Shown here: positions 20,519 through 29,739 of the stretch, one piece after another
How the letters are laid out: every line of letters begins with the position of its first letter
Numbering within the stretch: the stretch's first letter is position 1
DNA from: a virus
IMG/VR virus record: IMGVR_UViG_3300045988_093172
DNA length: 41,107 nt
Reading direction: 5' to 3' (one strand)
Made by a program: the position numbers and the translations under genes
The notes under the pieces: generated by a model
The model's input: the letters and a program-made list of their open reading frames with translations, nothing else
Databases searched by the model: none
What the model was told of the DNA's origin: nothing

Positions 20519-22036
20519 ATGGATATTACGATTCAAGAGCTACAGGAACAGGGAGCAAAGAAGACATATAACAGACTGAAGAACGACAGACAGCCCTATA
20601 TTCAACGTGCTGTAGACTGTGCGAAGGTAACGATTCCTTCCTTATTCCCAGAGGAAAATGATGACAAGAGTAAGAATTATGACACACCTTATCAGTCTGT
20701 AGGCGCACGGGGTATTAACAATCTGGCTTCTAAACTCATACTTGCCTTGATGCCTCCGAATAGTCCGTTTTTCCGTTTAGGTATGTCGGACGAGGTTTTG
20801 TCGGAATACATGGCACAGGGACAAGAAGACACAAAAGCTCAGGTAGAGCAGGCTCTCATGCAGATTGAGAATAGAATCATGAAGTACATTGAGTCTAACC
20901 AGATTCGAGTTACTGTGTTAGAGGCCTTGAAGCAGTGTATTGTTGCTGGCAATGCTCTGTTATTCCTTCCACCTGCTGAAGGTGGTATTAAGATGTATCG
21001 CCTGTACAACTATGTCATTCAGCGAGACGGCCTTGGTAATGTCATTCAGATTGTTACGTTAGACAAAGTGGCCTATTCGACACTGGATATTACGGTTCAG
21101 AATTTAATTAAGACCGACAAGAAACCAGAAGACCTTATCGAGGTATACACGCATGTCTGCCGTAGTGGCGATCAGTTCTTGGCGTATCAGGAAGTAGAAG
21201 ACACACCGATTCAGGGGAGTCAGCAGAGTTATCCTGTGCTAAAAACTCCCTACCTGCCTATTCGCATGGTTAAAATGGACGGGGAGTCTTACGGACGTTC
21301 CTTTGTTGAAGAGTATCTCGGTGACTTGAACTCTCTTGAGAACTTGTCTAAAGCTATTTTCAAGTTATCTACGATTGCGGCTAATATCTACTTCCTTGTC
21401 AATCCTAATGGGGTAACGAGGGCAAAGAAGTTGGAGAACGCTACTAGCGGTGATTTTATCCCGGGGCGTATCGAAGACATAGGCGTATTACAGCTTGAGA
21501 AATACTATGACTTCAACACAGCTAAACAGACAGCAGATGCCATTGAAGCTCGTTTGTCTTATGCATTTCTTTTGTCTTCTGTAGTACAGCGTAACGCTGA
21601 ACGAGTAACCGCAGAAGAAGTACGGACGGTAGCTGGTGAACTGGAAGACACATTAGGTGGGGTATACTCCATTTTGTCTCAGGAATTACAGTTACCTCTT
21701 GTACGTAGAATCATGAACCAGCTTCAGAGCACAGGCGAGGTTCCGAACTTACCAGAAGGTACGGTGGAACCGACAATCACAACTGGCTTGGATGCCTTGG
21801 GACGAGGACATGATTTAGAGAAGTATGCAACCGTACTTAACTTGGTGTCTCAGATTCCCAATGCTCAGGCTATGATTAATTGGAATGTCATGCTCCTAAA
21901 TATGTTTACGGGGGCAGGTGTCGAAACAGAAGGTCTTGTGAAGACACAGCAACAGATTGAAGAAGAGCAACAAATGGCAATGGGACAGGAAATGGCAATG
22001 CAGGCTATGTCTCAGCCAGAACAACAAGGAGGTTAA
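20519..22036 (+). CDS. Portal (head-tail connector) protein, T7 gp8-like
   Basis: TYNRLKNDRQPYIQRAVDCAKVTIPSLFPEE...YDTPYQSVGARGINNLASKLILALMP closely parallels T7 gp8 VYERLKNDRAPYETRAQNCAQYTIPSLFPKD...YQTPWQAVGARGLNNLASKLMLALFP. Confidence 0.95.
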   Translation: MDITIQELQEQGAKKTYNRLKNDRQPYIQRAVDCAKVTIPSLFPEENDDKSKNYDTPYQSVGARGINNLASKLILALMPPNSPFFRLGMSDEVLSEYMAQGQEDTKAQVEQALMQIENRIMKYIESNQIRVTVLEALKQCIVAGNALLFLPPAEGGIKMYRLYNYVIQRDGLGNVIQIVTLDKVAYSTLDITVQNLIKTDKKPEDLIEVYTHVCRSGDQFLAYQEVEDTPIQGSQQSYPVLKTPYLPIRMVKMDGESYGRSFVEEYLGDLNSLENLSKAIFKLSTIAANIYFLVNPNGVTRAKKLENATSGDFIPGRIEDIGVLQLEKYYDFNTAKQTADAIEARLSYAFLLSSVVQRNAERVTAEEVRTVAGELEDTLGGVYSILSQELQLPLVRRIMNQLQSTGEVPNLPEGTVEPTITTGLDALGRGHDLEKYATVLNLVSQIPNAQAMINWNVMLLNMFTGAGVETEGLVKTQQQIEEEQQMAMGQEMAMQAMSQPEQQGG

Positions 22037-22039
22037 TGA

Positions 22040-22765
22040 ATGGAACAGGAAAATGTACAGGAACAAGTACAGCAGGAAAATGTACAGGTTACTGAGAACA
22101 CAGGGATGGAAGTTGAAGTAGTTCCTGAAGACACAACAACTACCACAACTGTAGAAGCTACTGAAGAGCAGTCCCCAGAACCCACGGGACAGGATGTAGA
22201 CGACAACGTGCAGAAACGAGTAGACGCACAGACACAGGCAAATGAAGACCTGAAGAATGACTTAGAATCTAAAGGTGTTGATTGGGCTGACCTTGAGAAA
22301 ACCTATACTGAAAAAGGTGAACTCACAGCAGAACAGTTACAGAACCTTGAAAAGGCAGGATATCCGAAGTCTGTTGTCGATGCATATATTCGTGGCATGG
22401 AAGCTGAATATGATCGTCTTGCTCGACACGTTGTAGAAAGTGCAGGTGGTCAGGAAGAGTTTACTAAATTGCAGACCTTTGCTTCTCAGCAGAACGCAGA
22501 ATATAAAAAGATGTGGAACGACACCATGAACAGCGGTAACGTGATGGCTATTCAGACGATGCTCAGAGGTATTCGGGCAGACATGGTACAGACCATGGGG
22601 TCTAGCAATCCAACTATTGTTGGTGGTAGTGGTGCTGTGTCTACTGACGCAGGATTTAATTCTAAGCAAGAAATGGTAACGGCCATGGCTGACCCTCGCT
22701 ATGGGAAAGACAAGGCGTATACCCGTGAAATCGAACAGAAAGTTATTAATTCTAAATTATTTTAA
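22040..22765 (+). CDS. Capsid assembly (scaffolding) protein, T7 gp9-like
   Basis: Position between the portal and major capsid genes, an acidic Q/E-rich N-terminus, and size (241 aa). Confidence 0.7.
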   Translation: MEQENVQEQVQQENVQVTENTGMEVEVVPEDTTTTTTVEATEEQSPEPTGQDVDDNVQKRVDAQTQANEDLKNDLESKGVDWADLEKTYTEKGELTAEQLQNLEKAGYPKSVVDAYIRGMEAEYDRLARHVVESAGGQEEFTKLQTFASQQNAEYKKMWNDTMNSGNVMAIQTMLRGIRADMVQTMGSSNPTIVGGSGAVSTDAGFNSKQEMVTAMADPRYGKDKAYTREIEQKVINSKLF

Positions 22766-22781
22766 AGGAGATTGATAAATT

Positions 22782-23771
22782 ATGGCATTGACAAATATTT
22801 CTCAGCCGGGTCTTAATCAGGGCCAGACGGACGCATTAGCAGGTTTTCTTAAAGTATTTTCTGGTGAAGTTATTTCCGCATTTGAACGGTCTGCCTTAGC
22901 AGTCAACAATCACCTGATGCGCACCATTTCTTCTGGTAAGTCCGCTTCCTTCCCTGTAATGGGTCGGGCAAAAGCCGCTTACTTGGGTGCTGGTCAGTCC
23001 TTGGATGAAATTCGTGAAGCTATCCCGCACAACGAAAAGATTATTGGTATTGACGGCTTGCTGACTTCTGACCAGATGGTAACAGACATCTATGAAGCTA
23101 TGTCTCATTTTGATGTTCGTAACGAATACTCCAAGCAGATGGGTGAAGCCTTGGCCGTGTCTGCCGATGGCGCTATTCTGGCAGAAATTGCTAAGTTGGC
23201 TGTTGAGCAGAAAGAAAATATTACAGGCCTCGGCAAAGGTGTCATCTTAGACAAACAGATTGATGCTACGGATATGGGTATCACCGAAGCAGAAGGCAAG
23301 ATGATTGTTCAGATGCTTCTGGAACTGAAGGCCAAATTCTCTAACCAGTATGTCCCTGCTACGGAACGTTATGTCTACATGAAGCCTGATGGTGTGGCCG
23401 CTTTGGTAGCTTCTTGGAACGCTATCAATCGTGACTTTGGTGCTGTCGGTACTTTGGTTGACGGTAACGTTACTAAGATTGCTGGCTTTAATATCATCGA
23501 AGTTCCTCATCTTACGGATGGTGGCGCAGATGGTACTCACGTATTGCGTTCTGGTACAGCTCATGACTTCCCGTCTACTTATAAAGACAAATGTGTCTTT
23601 GTTGCCGCTCATCATACGGCTGTTGGTACGGTCAAGCTGAAAGACCTCGCAGTAGAAACTGGTCGTCGTATCGAATATCAGGCAACCCAGCTGGTAGCTA
23701 AGTATTCCATGGGTCACGGTGGCCTCCGTCCTGAAGCTACTGCCATTGGTTGTATTTCTGCTAAGGGCTGA
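22782..23771 (+). CDS. Major capsid protein, T7 gp10-like
   Basis: LAGFLKVFSGEVISAFERS...MRTISSGKSASFPVMGRAKAAYL...IGIDGLLTSD...YEAMSHFDVRNEYSKQMGEALAVSADGAILAEIA parallels T7 gp10A LALFLKVFGGEVLTAFART...VRSISSGKSAQFPVLGRTQAAYL...ITIDGLLTAD...EDAMNHYDVRSEYTSQLGESLAMAADGAVLAEIA. Confidence 0.95.
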   Translation: MALTNISQPGLNQGQTDALAGFLKVFSGEVISAFERSALAVNNHLMRTISSGKSASFPVMGRAKAAYLGAGQSLDEIREAIPHNEKIIGIDGLLTSDQMVTDIYEAMSHFDVRNEYSKQMGEALAVSADGAILAEIAKLAVEQKENITGLGKGVILDKQIDATDMGITEAEGKMIVQMLLELKAKFSNQYVPATERYVYMKPDGVAALVASWNAINRDFGAVGTLVDGNVTKIAGFNIIEVPHLTDGGADGTHVLRSGTAHDFPSTYKDKCVFVAAHHTAVGTVKLKDLAVETGRRIEYQATQLVAKYSMGHGGLRPEATAIGCISAKG

Positions 23772-23784
23772 TAGTTGTTTTGTC

Positions 23785-23822
23785 GAGGGGGTTCTTCTTA
23801 TGGACTCCCTCTTTTTTTTTTC
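23785..23822 (+). terminator. Stem-loop plus long T run immediately after the capsid gene (T-phi-like position)
   Basis: GAGGGGGT (23785-23792) pairs with ACTCCCTC (23804-23811), including one G-U pair, and is followed by about 10 T. T7 has its main RNAP terminator T-phi at the same position after gene 10. Confidence 0.7.
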
Positions 23823-23839
23823 TTATATGGAGGCACACA

Positions 23840-24403
23840 ATGATTATTACACCTTTGACGGAACTGGATGCTGTGAACGAAATCCTAACTTCTATCGGGT
23901 CTGACAGTGTCGTCACCTTGGAGGAGATAGACCAGAACATTGACGCTTCTGTAGCAGACAAAATGCTGAAAGCTGTTAGTCAGGAAATTCAGCAGGAAGG
24001 TTGGGACTTCAATACAATCCCTACGATTACGCTGGTTCCCGATGCAAATACACACAGAATCAAGTGGGATAGCTCACTGTTGAGAGTTCCGAACACATAT
24101 AGAAATCGAGGAGGTTTCTTCTTCAATGTGTCTGACTATACGGATGTATTCACAGAAAACTTGATACTTACTAATGTGGTGCAAGAGCTTCCTTTTGAAG
24201 AGCTTCCTATGGTTTTCCGTAAGTACATTACGGTAAAGGCTTCCCTTGCTTTTGCTGTCCGTTTTCTCGGAGATGCAGAGTTGGAACAGTCTTTGAACAC
24301 TGAGCTGGCTAAGGCATACGCAGATGTTATGACTTACGAATTAGACACACAGAAACCGAATGTCTTCAATAATACGTCTGTAACTGAGGTGGGAACACGA
24401 TGA
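23840..24403 (+). CDS. Tail tubular protein A, T7 gp11-like
   Basis: Start moved from 23780 to ATG 23840 (RBS GGAGG); the upstream part overlaps the terminator. LTELDAVNEILTSIGSDSV...QEIQQEGWDFN parallels T7 gp11 AAELSAVNDILASIGEPPV...RQIQSRGWTFN. Confidence 0.9.
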   Translation: MIITPLTELDAVNEILTSIGSDSVVTLEEIDQNIDASVADKMLKAVSQEIQQEGWDFNTIPTITLVPDANTHRIKWDSSLLRVPNTYRNRGGFFFNVSDYTDVFTENLILTNVVQELPFEELPMVFRKYITVKASLAFAVRFLGDAELEQSLNTELAKAYADVMTYELDTQKPNVFNNTSVTEVGTR

Positions 24404-26718
24404 GTAACGTAACACAGCGAATAGACAACTTCATAGAAGGTGTGTCTCAGCAGTCACCTCGTATTCGTCATGCAGAGCAGTTGGAGACACAGGTTAATGG
24501 TTACAGTACAGAAGCAGGTGGATTGCAGAAGCGTCCCCCTACCGTAAATCATGGAAAACTATTCAATGCTGAGGCTGTACCTTATTATGCTCACTTGATT
24601 AATCGAGATGAGCAGGAACGATATATTGTTCTCATCTCTTCTGGTAAAATTCGTGTCTTTACACTGGATGGCACAGAGATGAAAGTAGAGGTGCAGGATG
24701 CAGGTTATATCAGTAACCTCACGAAACCCTACTCACAGTTGAAAGTCATCACGGTAGCTGACTACACGTTTGTCTTAAATAAGGGCATGAAGGTCAGAAT
24801 GTCTGGTAATCGGACAGAAGATACGATGGCCTCTCAGGGGTGTCTCATCAATGTAAAGCAAGGGCAGTATGGTAGAACTTACAAAGTGTGGATAAATGGA
24901 CAGGAAGTAGCGTCTTATGAAACTCCTAATGGCTCCAATGTAGACCACGTAAAGAATATCGCAACGGACTACATTCGTGACCAGTTGGCTTCCCAGATTC
25001 GCAGTAAGGGTTGGACAGTAGACACAGGTAGTTCTTGGTTGAGAGTTCGTGGGAACATTTCAAGCATAGACACAGCTGACTCCTTTAATAACCTTGCTTT
25101 GGTGGGAATTACTTCATATACCAATAAGTTCACTAACTTACCTGCTTCAGCCCCAGATGGTTATACCGTGTTGGTTCGGGGGGAGTCCAATGCAGATGAC
25201 AACTACTATGTCAAATACTCCGCTTCTGAGCGTATCTGGAAGGAAACCGTGAAGACGGGGATAGATAACACCATAAACAATACGACGATGCCTCATGCGT
25301 TGATAAGACAATCAGACGGTACTTTTGTCTTTAAGGCTCTCGATTGGGAACCTCGTAGGACAGGGGATGAAACCTCTAACGAAGTGCCTTCATTCATCAA
25401 CAATACCATTAACGACCTGTTCTTCTATCGTAATCGCTTAGGCTTTTTGTCTGGTGAGAATATCATTCTGTCTTCTTCCTCTGACTTGTTTAACTTCTGG
25501 ATGCAGAGCGTAGTAGATGTTCAGGATGATGATACGATAGACACCAATGCCCCAAACAACAAGGTTTCCATTTTGTACAATGCTATTCCCTTCTCAGGAT
25601 CACTGTACATTTTCTCAGGTCAGACACAGTTTGCTTTAGCTTCAGATGGTACTTTGTCTCCTAAGAACGCTCGATTAGACAGTATTACTGAGTTCACTTC
25701 AGACACCGACGTAATTCCTGTTGGTGCAGGTAACTCCGTCTACTTTGTCTCTAAGAGAGCAGACTTTGCTTCTGTCAACGAGTATCGAGTGGCACAGTAT
25801 TACACAGACACAAAGGATGCTGAAGATGTGACAGCTCACGTTCCTTACTATATTCCCAATGATGTGTATAAGATGACAGGAAGTTCTAATGACAACCTGT
25901 TATTCGTCATGACTACAGCAGAACCTAATACTCTATATGTCTATAAGTATCTTTATCTGAATGGGAACAGGGTGCAGAGTGCTTGGTCAAAATGGACATT
26001 TTCAGGGGAAATCCTCGGTGCTGACTTCATTGGCTCTTCACTGTACATGGCAGTAAAGTATGCGAATAACGAAGTATATTTGGAATCCATTACGATGAGC
26101 TACAACACAGAGGACTATAGGAAAACTGAGAAGTTCCGTGTTATGTTAGATAGAAAGACAGAAGTGACGCTGACTACAGACAACTGTGAAGACAAAGAGG
26201 ATGGTTATTTGTACCTCAATGTTGATAAGGTCTTCAAGGGCTTGAACGGTAGTGTACAGTGTATTACAGAAGACGGCCTGTTATATGAGTCAGACACAAC
26301 GACACTAAAACTGTTGAAGAGAGATAGTGTGGCCTTGGGACACAAGGTTATCATAGGTATTCCCTACACCTTTGAAATGACTTTGTCTACTATCTACCTG
26401 AAGGAGAAAGATCAGCAAGGCTCTACTGTGTCTTCCCCTGACTATCGCTTGATGCTCCGTACTGTATTCTTTGATTATGCAGAGTCGGGGTATATGCGAG
26501 TAATTGTGAACGACAAGTACAAGTATGTACTGACAAATAAGAGAGCTTCTATCTACAAACTGTCTACGATTAACTTTGAGACAGGTACATTTAAGGTTCC
26601 TGTGCGTAGAAGGAACACGGAGACTACCATAAAAGTAATCAATGATACTCCACTACCTTTGTCTATCATTGGTGGTGGGTACGAAGCTAATTATACAGCT
26701 CGATTTAAGAATGTTTAA
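24400..26718 (+). CDS. Tail tubular protein B, T7 gp12-like
   Basis: GVSQQSPRIRHAEQLETQVNGYSTEAGGLQKRPP parallels T7 gp12 GISQQPDILRYPDQGSRQVNGWSSETEGLQKRPP. Size is 772 aa versus 794. Confidence 0.9.
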   Translation: MSNVTQRIDNFIEGVSQQSPRIRHAEQLETQVNGYSTEAGGLQKRPPTVNHGKLFNAEAVPYYAHLINRDEQERYIVLISSGKIRVFTLDGTEMKVEVQDAGYISNLTKPYSQLKVITVADYTFVLNKGMKVRMSGNRTEDTMASQGCLINVKQGQYGRTYKVWINGQEVASYETPNGSNVDHVKNIATDYIRDQLASQIRSKGWTVDTGSSWLRVRGNISSIDTADSFNNLALVGITSYTNKFTNLPASAPDGYTVLVRGESNADDNYYVKYSASERIWKETVKTGIDNTINNTTMPHALIRQSDGTFVFKALDWEPRRTGDETSNEVPSFINNTINDLFFYRNRLGFLSGENIILSSSSDLFNFWMQSVVDVQDDDTIDTNAPNNKVSILYNAIPFSGSLYIFSGQTQFALASDGTLSPKNARLDSITEFTSDTDVIPVGAGNSVYFVSKRADFASVNEYRVAQYYTDTKDAEDVTAHVPYYIPNDVYKMTGSSNDNLLFVMTTAEPNTLYVYKYLYLNGNRVQSAWSKWTFSGEILGADFIGSSLYMAVKYANNEVYLESITMSYNTEDYRKTEKFRVMLDRKTEVTLTTDNCEDKEDGYLYLNVDKVFKGLNGSVQCITEDGLLYESDTTTLKLLKRDSVALGHKVIIGIPYTFEMTLSTIYLKEKDQQGSTVSSPDYRLMLRTVFFDYAESGYMRVIVNDKYKYVLTNKRASIYKLSTINFETGTFKVPVRRRNTETTIKVINDTPLPLSIIGGGYEANYTARFKNV

Positions 26719-26732
26719 TAGGAGGTGATTCT

Positions 26733-27437
26733 ATGGGATTTGCTTCAACGGCGATGGGTGCGACACAGTTAGGACTTAATCTCGTTGGTGACTATATGTC
26801 TTGGAAAGATCAAAGAGAAAATGCTAAGGCACAGGCAAGAGCTTTGTCTCAACAGGCGAACGCTGTAGGAAAGAACTTAGCCTATACCTTTCAGAACTAT
26901 GAGCTACAACGTGTGGATGCCTTTGACGCCGCTGTGAATAGCCTCATGAAGGTACAGACAAACGCTCTCGGTCTGGAATCTTCTGTACGCGCGGCTATCA
27001 ATGAAGAAACGGGAGGTGATTCCCGTACTGGTAGAGCTTTACAGAGAGCGGCTCATGCAGATACCTTGAGAACAGTGTCAGGTATCAAAGATGTCTATGA
27101 ACGACAGTCAGATGAAATCAGTCTCAACAAAGAGATGGCTAAACGTTCGGCTATGGATGAGATTGCGAACATTAAGGCTCAGGCCCCACAGATGCCCAGT
27201 TATTGGTCTTTGCTGGGGAATATTGCAGGGGATACGCTGAATGTCTATAACTCCTATCAGAACGCTCTAAATTCTGCTCAATCACAGGGTATGGAATTAG
27301 ACACATGGTGGAGAGCGCAGAATAGATACGACACAAATCCCTATGCATATCGTAATAACTACCAGTATCACTTTAATCTTCCTACGTATACAAATACATT
27401 CCCTATGACATGGACGTACCCGAAAGGAGGGCGGTAA
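26733..27437 (+). CDS. Internal virion (core) protein, gp14-like
   Basis: Called from position (first of three core genes after tubular B), size, and a hydrophobic N-terminus followed by a Q/A-rich helical region, as in T7 gp14. Confidence 0.6.
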   Translation: MGFASTAMGATQLGLNLVGDYMSWKDQRENAKAQARALSQQANAVGKNLAYTFQNYELQRVDAFDAAVNSLMKVQTNALGLESSVRAAINEETGGDSRTGRALQRAAHADTLRTVSGIKDVYERQSDEISLNKEMAKRSAMDEIANIKAQAPQMPSYWSLLGNIAGDTLNVYNSYQNALNSAQSQGMELDTWWRAQNRYDTNPYAYRNNYQYHFNLPTYTNTFPMTWTYPKGGR

Positions 27438-29693
27438 ATGCCTACAACACAAACCAGTAATGCGATAGGGACGGCTAGGCAGTTCACACAACAGCCCCCG
27501 CAAACTTATCAACGTCAGCTTATCCTCCCTCATTTTGGGGAGAACGTCAGGGCTTCTGAGACGACACAGGGGGCGGCCTTAGCTCGTTCCCTCGGTGTCC
27601 TCAGTGCGGCGGTAGAGCAGTATCGAGTAGACTACGATAAGCGACAAAGAGAGATTGCAGACAAAGTTGTCCCTATTCTCTACGGTCAGAACGATCATGA
27701 TACTCGGCTTACGATGAATAGTATTGCCATGCTTCAACAGGCAGGTATTGGGGATTTGCAAGATAACCCTTATGCCCTTGCCATGGTAGACCAGTTGAGA
27801 GGACAAGAAATCTCGTCAGAAGTCCACAAGAAGTATGAGGCCTATGTGTCTCAGATGAAGCTTCCCGAAAATTTAGGGAAGGAAATTCAGAACTACGATG
27901 ACTTCTTCAATGAGAACGTTCAGAAGTATCTGGACAATATCACGGTAAACAATAAGTATGCTCTGAACAATGGCTTGTATGAATCCCGTGTTGTGAATAC
28001 GGGTAAAGTAGCCAGTAAGTTCATTGCAGAGAAGACAGAAGAAATGTCTATCAACCGTTCAGAATCTATCGCCTCTTTTGTCTCGGAGAACACACGCAAC
28101 CGCTGGAACTGGACAGATGAGGATAGAGAGAAATTTGCAAATCAGGTAGGAAACATGCTCTCCACGACACAGGAACGTGACCCGACAAAGAACTACCAGA
28201 TTCTGGATAACCTGCTGAAGACAGTTGCCATGAACACGGGGGACTACTCTCTGATTCAGAAAATTGGGGAGACACCACTGTATGGAGGAGCAACGAAGGT
28301 CAGTGACTACATTAATGTAGAGAAGTATAAAGACGTAGCCAATGAGTCCAACATGACACACTGGATGCAGAGGGCACGAGATGTCTATGATAAGATGTCA
28401 AAGGCGAAAGACGAAAAGTCTCTATTCGCTATTATAGATGGGCTTGAGAATCCTGAAGACAAACAGATTGCCGCTAAATTTGTGTCTGGCCGTTTGTCTG
28501 CTATTGAGGCCGAACAAAGAGCGCAGAGGAATATTGCAAGGGCCGCCGCCGTAAGTGCGACAAAAGCTCAGGTTGGTAATATGAATATGAAGGCTCAGAT
28601 TGAAGCTGTCATGAATGGACAAACACAGGATGCTATGGGCAACGGGATTGCCACCTCTTCTGAACAGTATAAGGCTTTGGGTTTTACTGAGGCACAGCTG
28701 GTGTTAGCTGTTAATGATGCTTACAATGGGCTTGATTTATCTAAACCTGAAGACTTATCTAAGATGATGCGTCTGGCCTATCATCCTGCTTTTCATAACT
28801 TTCTTGCCCGTTCGTATACGCTTAATGCTACAGCAGGGATAAATAGCCTGACCGTCAATGGTGAGATGTCCCCCATGCTTCAGCGTGTAGTAGACCTTTA
28901 TCAACAATCTCCGGGAATGTGTAACTCCCTTTTGTCTGATGATACCTTAAAGGCTTCTATCGCTTGTATTGCCAATGAGGGTGTAGACAAATTTATGGCG
29001 GTTCGTAATATCCTAAGCGATTCTGAACAGCTGAAGCAGGTAGACACCGACTTAGCACCATATATTGAGGATTCTTTGTCTGGCTCTTCCTTACCTCCCT
29101 TGGCTGGTGGGGATACTTACGAAGGTTTCTCATATGGTGAACCCAACTCTGGTGATTTAAAATCATTGTTTAAGAGTCATGCTCGTGTGTATCGTGCCAT
29201 GGGTGCGTCCGCAGATGAGGCCTGTATGAAAGCTAGAGAAGCTATTGCAAGTGAGTTTTATGTCTTCAATGGAGCACCGATTCCAAAGAGCATTGTTCGT
29301 TTAGTAGACATCGGGGGTACGGATGAAGATACGGCTAGGTCCGCATTTTATTGGGTATTAGCTAGTCGATTTAAAGAGTATTGTGGCAGTACAGTATACC
29401 CTGATTCTGTAAGAGTAAGCTACGTAGCTGGTAATGCTAGCGGAAACTCTATGTTTCTTTTTGTTGGCCCTAATGGTTCTACACAGGTAGCACTCAACGA
29501 CATTGTGTCTGAAGCGAAAGCAAACTTAGAGCAGTCTGGGAATCAGACATACGCCGCACCTGAAGAAGAAACTAGCAGTCAAGAGGACAACACACCGACA
29601 TACAAATATACAGAAACGTCACAGTACGTAGACCCAGGGGATTCCTCTTGGCAAAGTGATGTCGGTAATTTTATTTCCAATTTATTCGGATAG
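27438..29693 (+). CDS. Internal virion (core) protein, gp15-like
   Basis: Position, and size of 751 aa versus 747 aa for T7 gp15. No motif-level evidence. Confidence 0.6.
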   Translation: MPTTQTSNAIGTARQFTQQPPQTYQRQLILPHFGENVRASETTQGAALARSLGVLSAAVEQYRVDYDKRQREIADKVVPILYGQNDHDTRLTMNSIAMLQQAGIGDLQDNPYALAMVDQLRGQEISSEVHKKYEAYVSQMKLPENLGKEIQNYDDFFNENVQKYLDNITVNNKYALNNGLYESRVVNTGKVASKFIAEKTEEMSINRSESIASFVSENTRNRWNWTDEDREKFANQVGNMLSTTQERDPTKNYQILDNLLKTVAMNTGDYSLIQKIGETPLYGGATKVSDYINVEKYKDVANESNMTHWMQRARDVYDKMSKAKDEKSLFAIIDGLENPEDKQIAAKFVSGRLSAIEAEQRAQRNIARAAAVSATKAQVGNMNMKAQIEAVMNGQTQDAMGNGIATSSEQYKALGFTEAQLVLAVNDAYNGLDLSKPEDLSKMMRLAYHPAFHNFLARSYTLNATAGINSLTVNGEMSPMLQRVVDLYQQSPGMCNSLLSDDTLKASIACIANEGVDKFMAVRNILSDSEQLKQVDTDLAPYIEDSLSGSSLPPLAGGDTYEGFSYGEPNSGDLKSLFKSHARVYRAMGASADEACMKAREAIASEFYVFNGAPIPKSIVRLVDIGGTDEDTARSAFYWVLASRFKEYCGSTVYPDSVRVSYVAGNASGNSMFLFVGPNGSTQVALNDIVSEAKANLEQSGNQTYAAPEEETSSQEDNTPTYKYTETSQYVDPGDSSWQSDVGNFISNLFG

Positions 29694-29739
29694 AAAGGAG
29701 GTGTCTTAAATAGGCAAAAAAGAGACAATAGCACAGTTT

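Noticed and set aside
20235-20536. Alternative-frame ORFs (20235..20510 plus, 20209..20487 minus, 20348..20536 minus) overlapping the gp7.3-like gene.
   Set aside because: The 20219..20518 frame matches T7 gp7.3 in size, composition and C-terminal motif. The others are shadow ORFs in a GC-richer, Ala-codon-rich stretch.
23740-23840. A possible T7-style programmed frameshift at the end of the capsid gene (10A/10B).
   Set aside because: I could not see a slippery heptamer or an extended alternative frame. The downstream sequence is a terminator hairpin and a T run.
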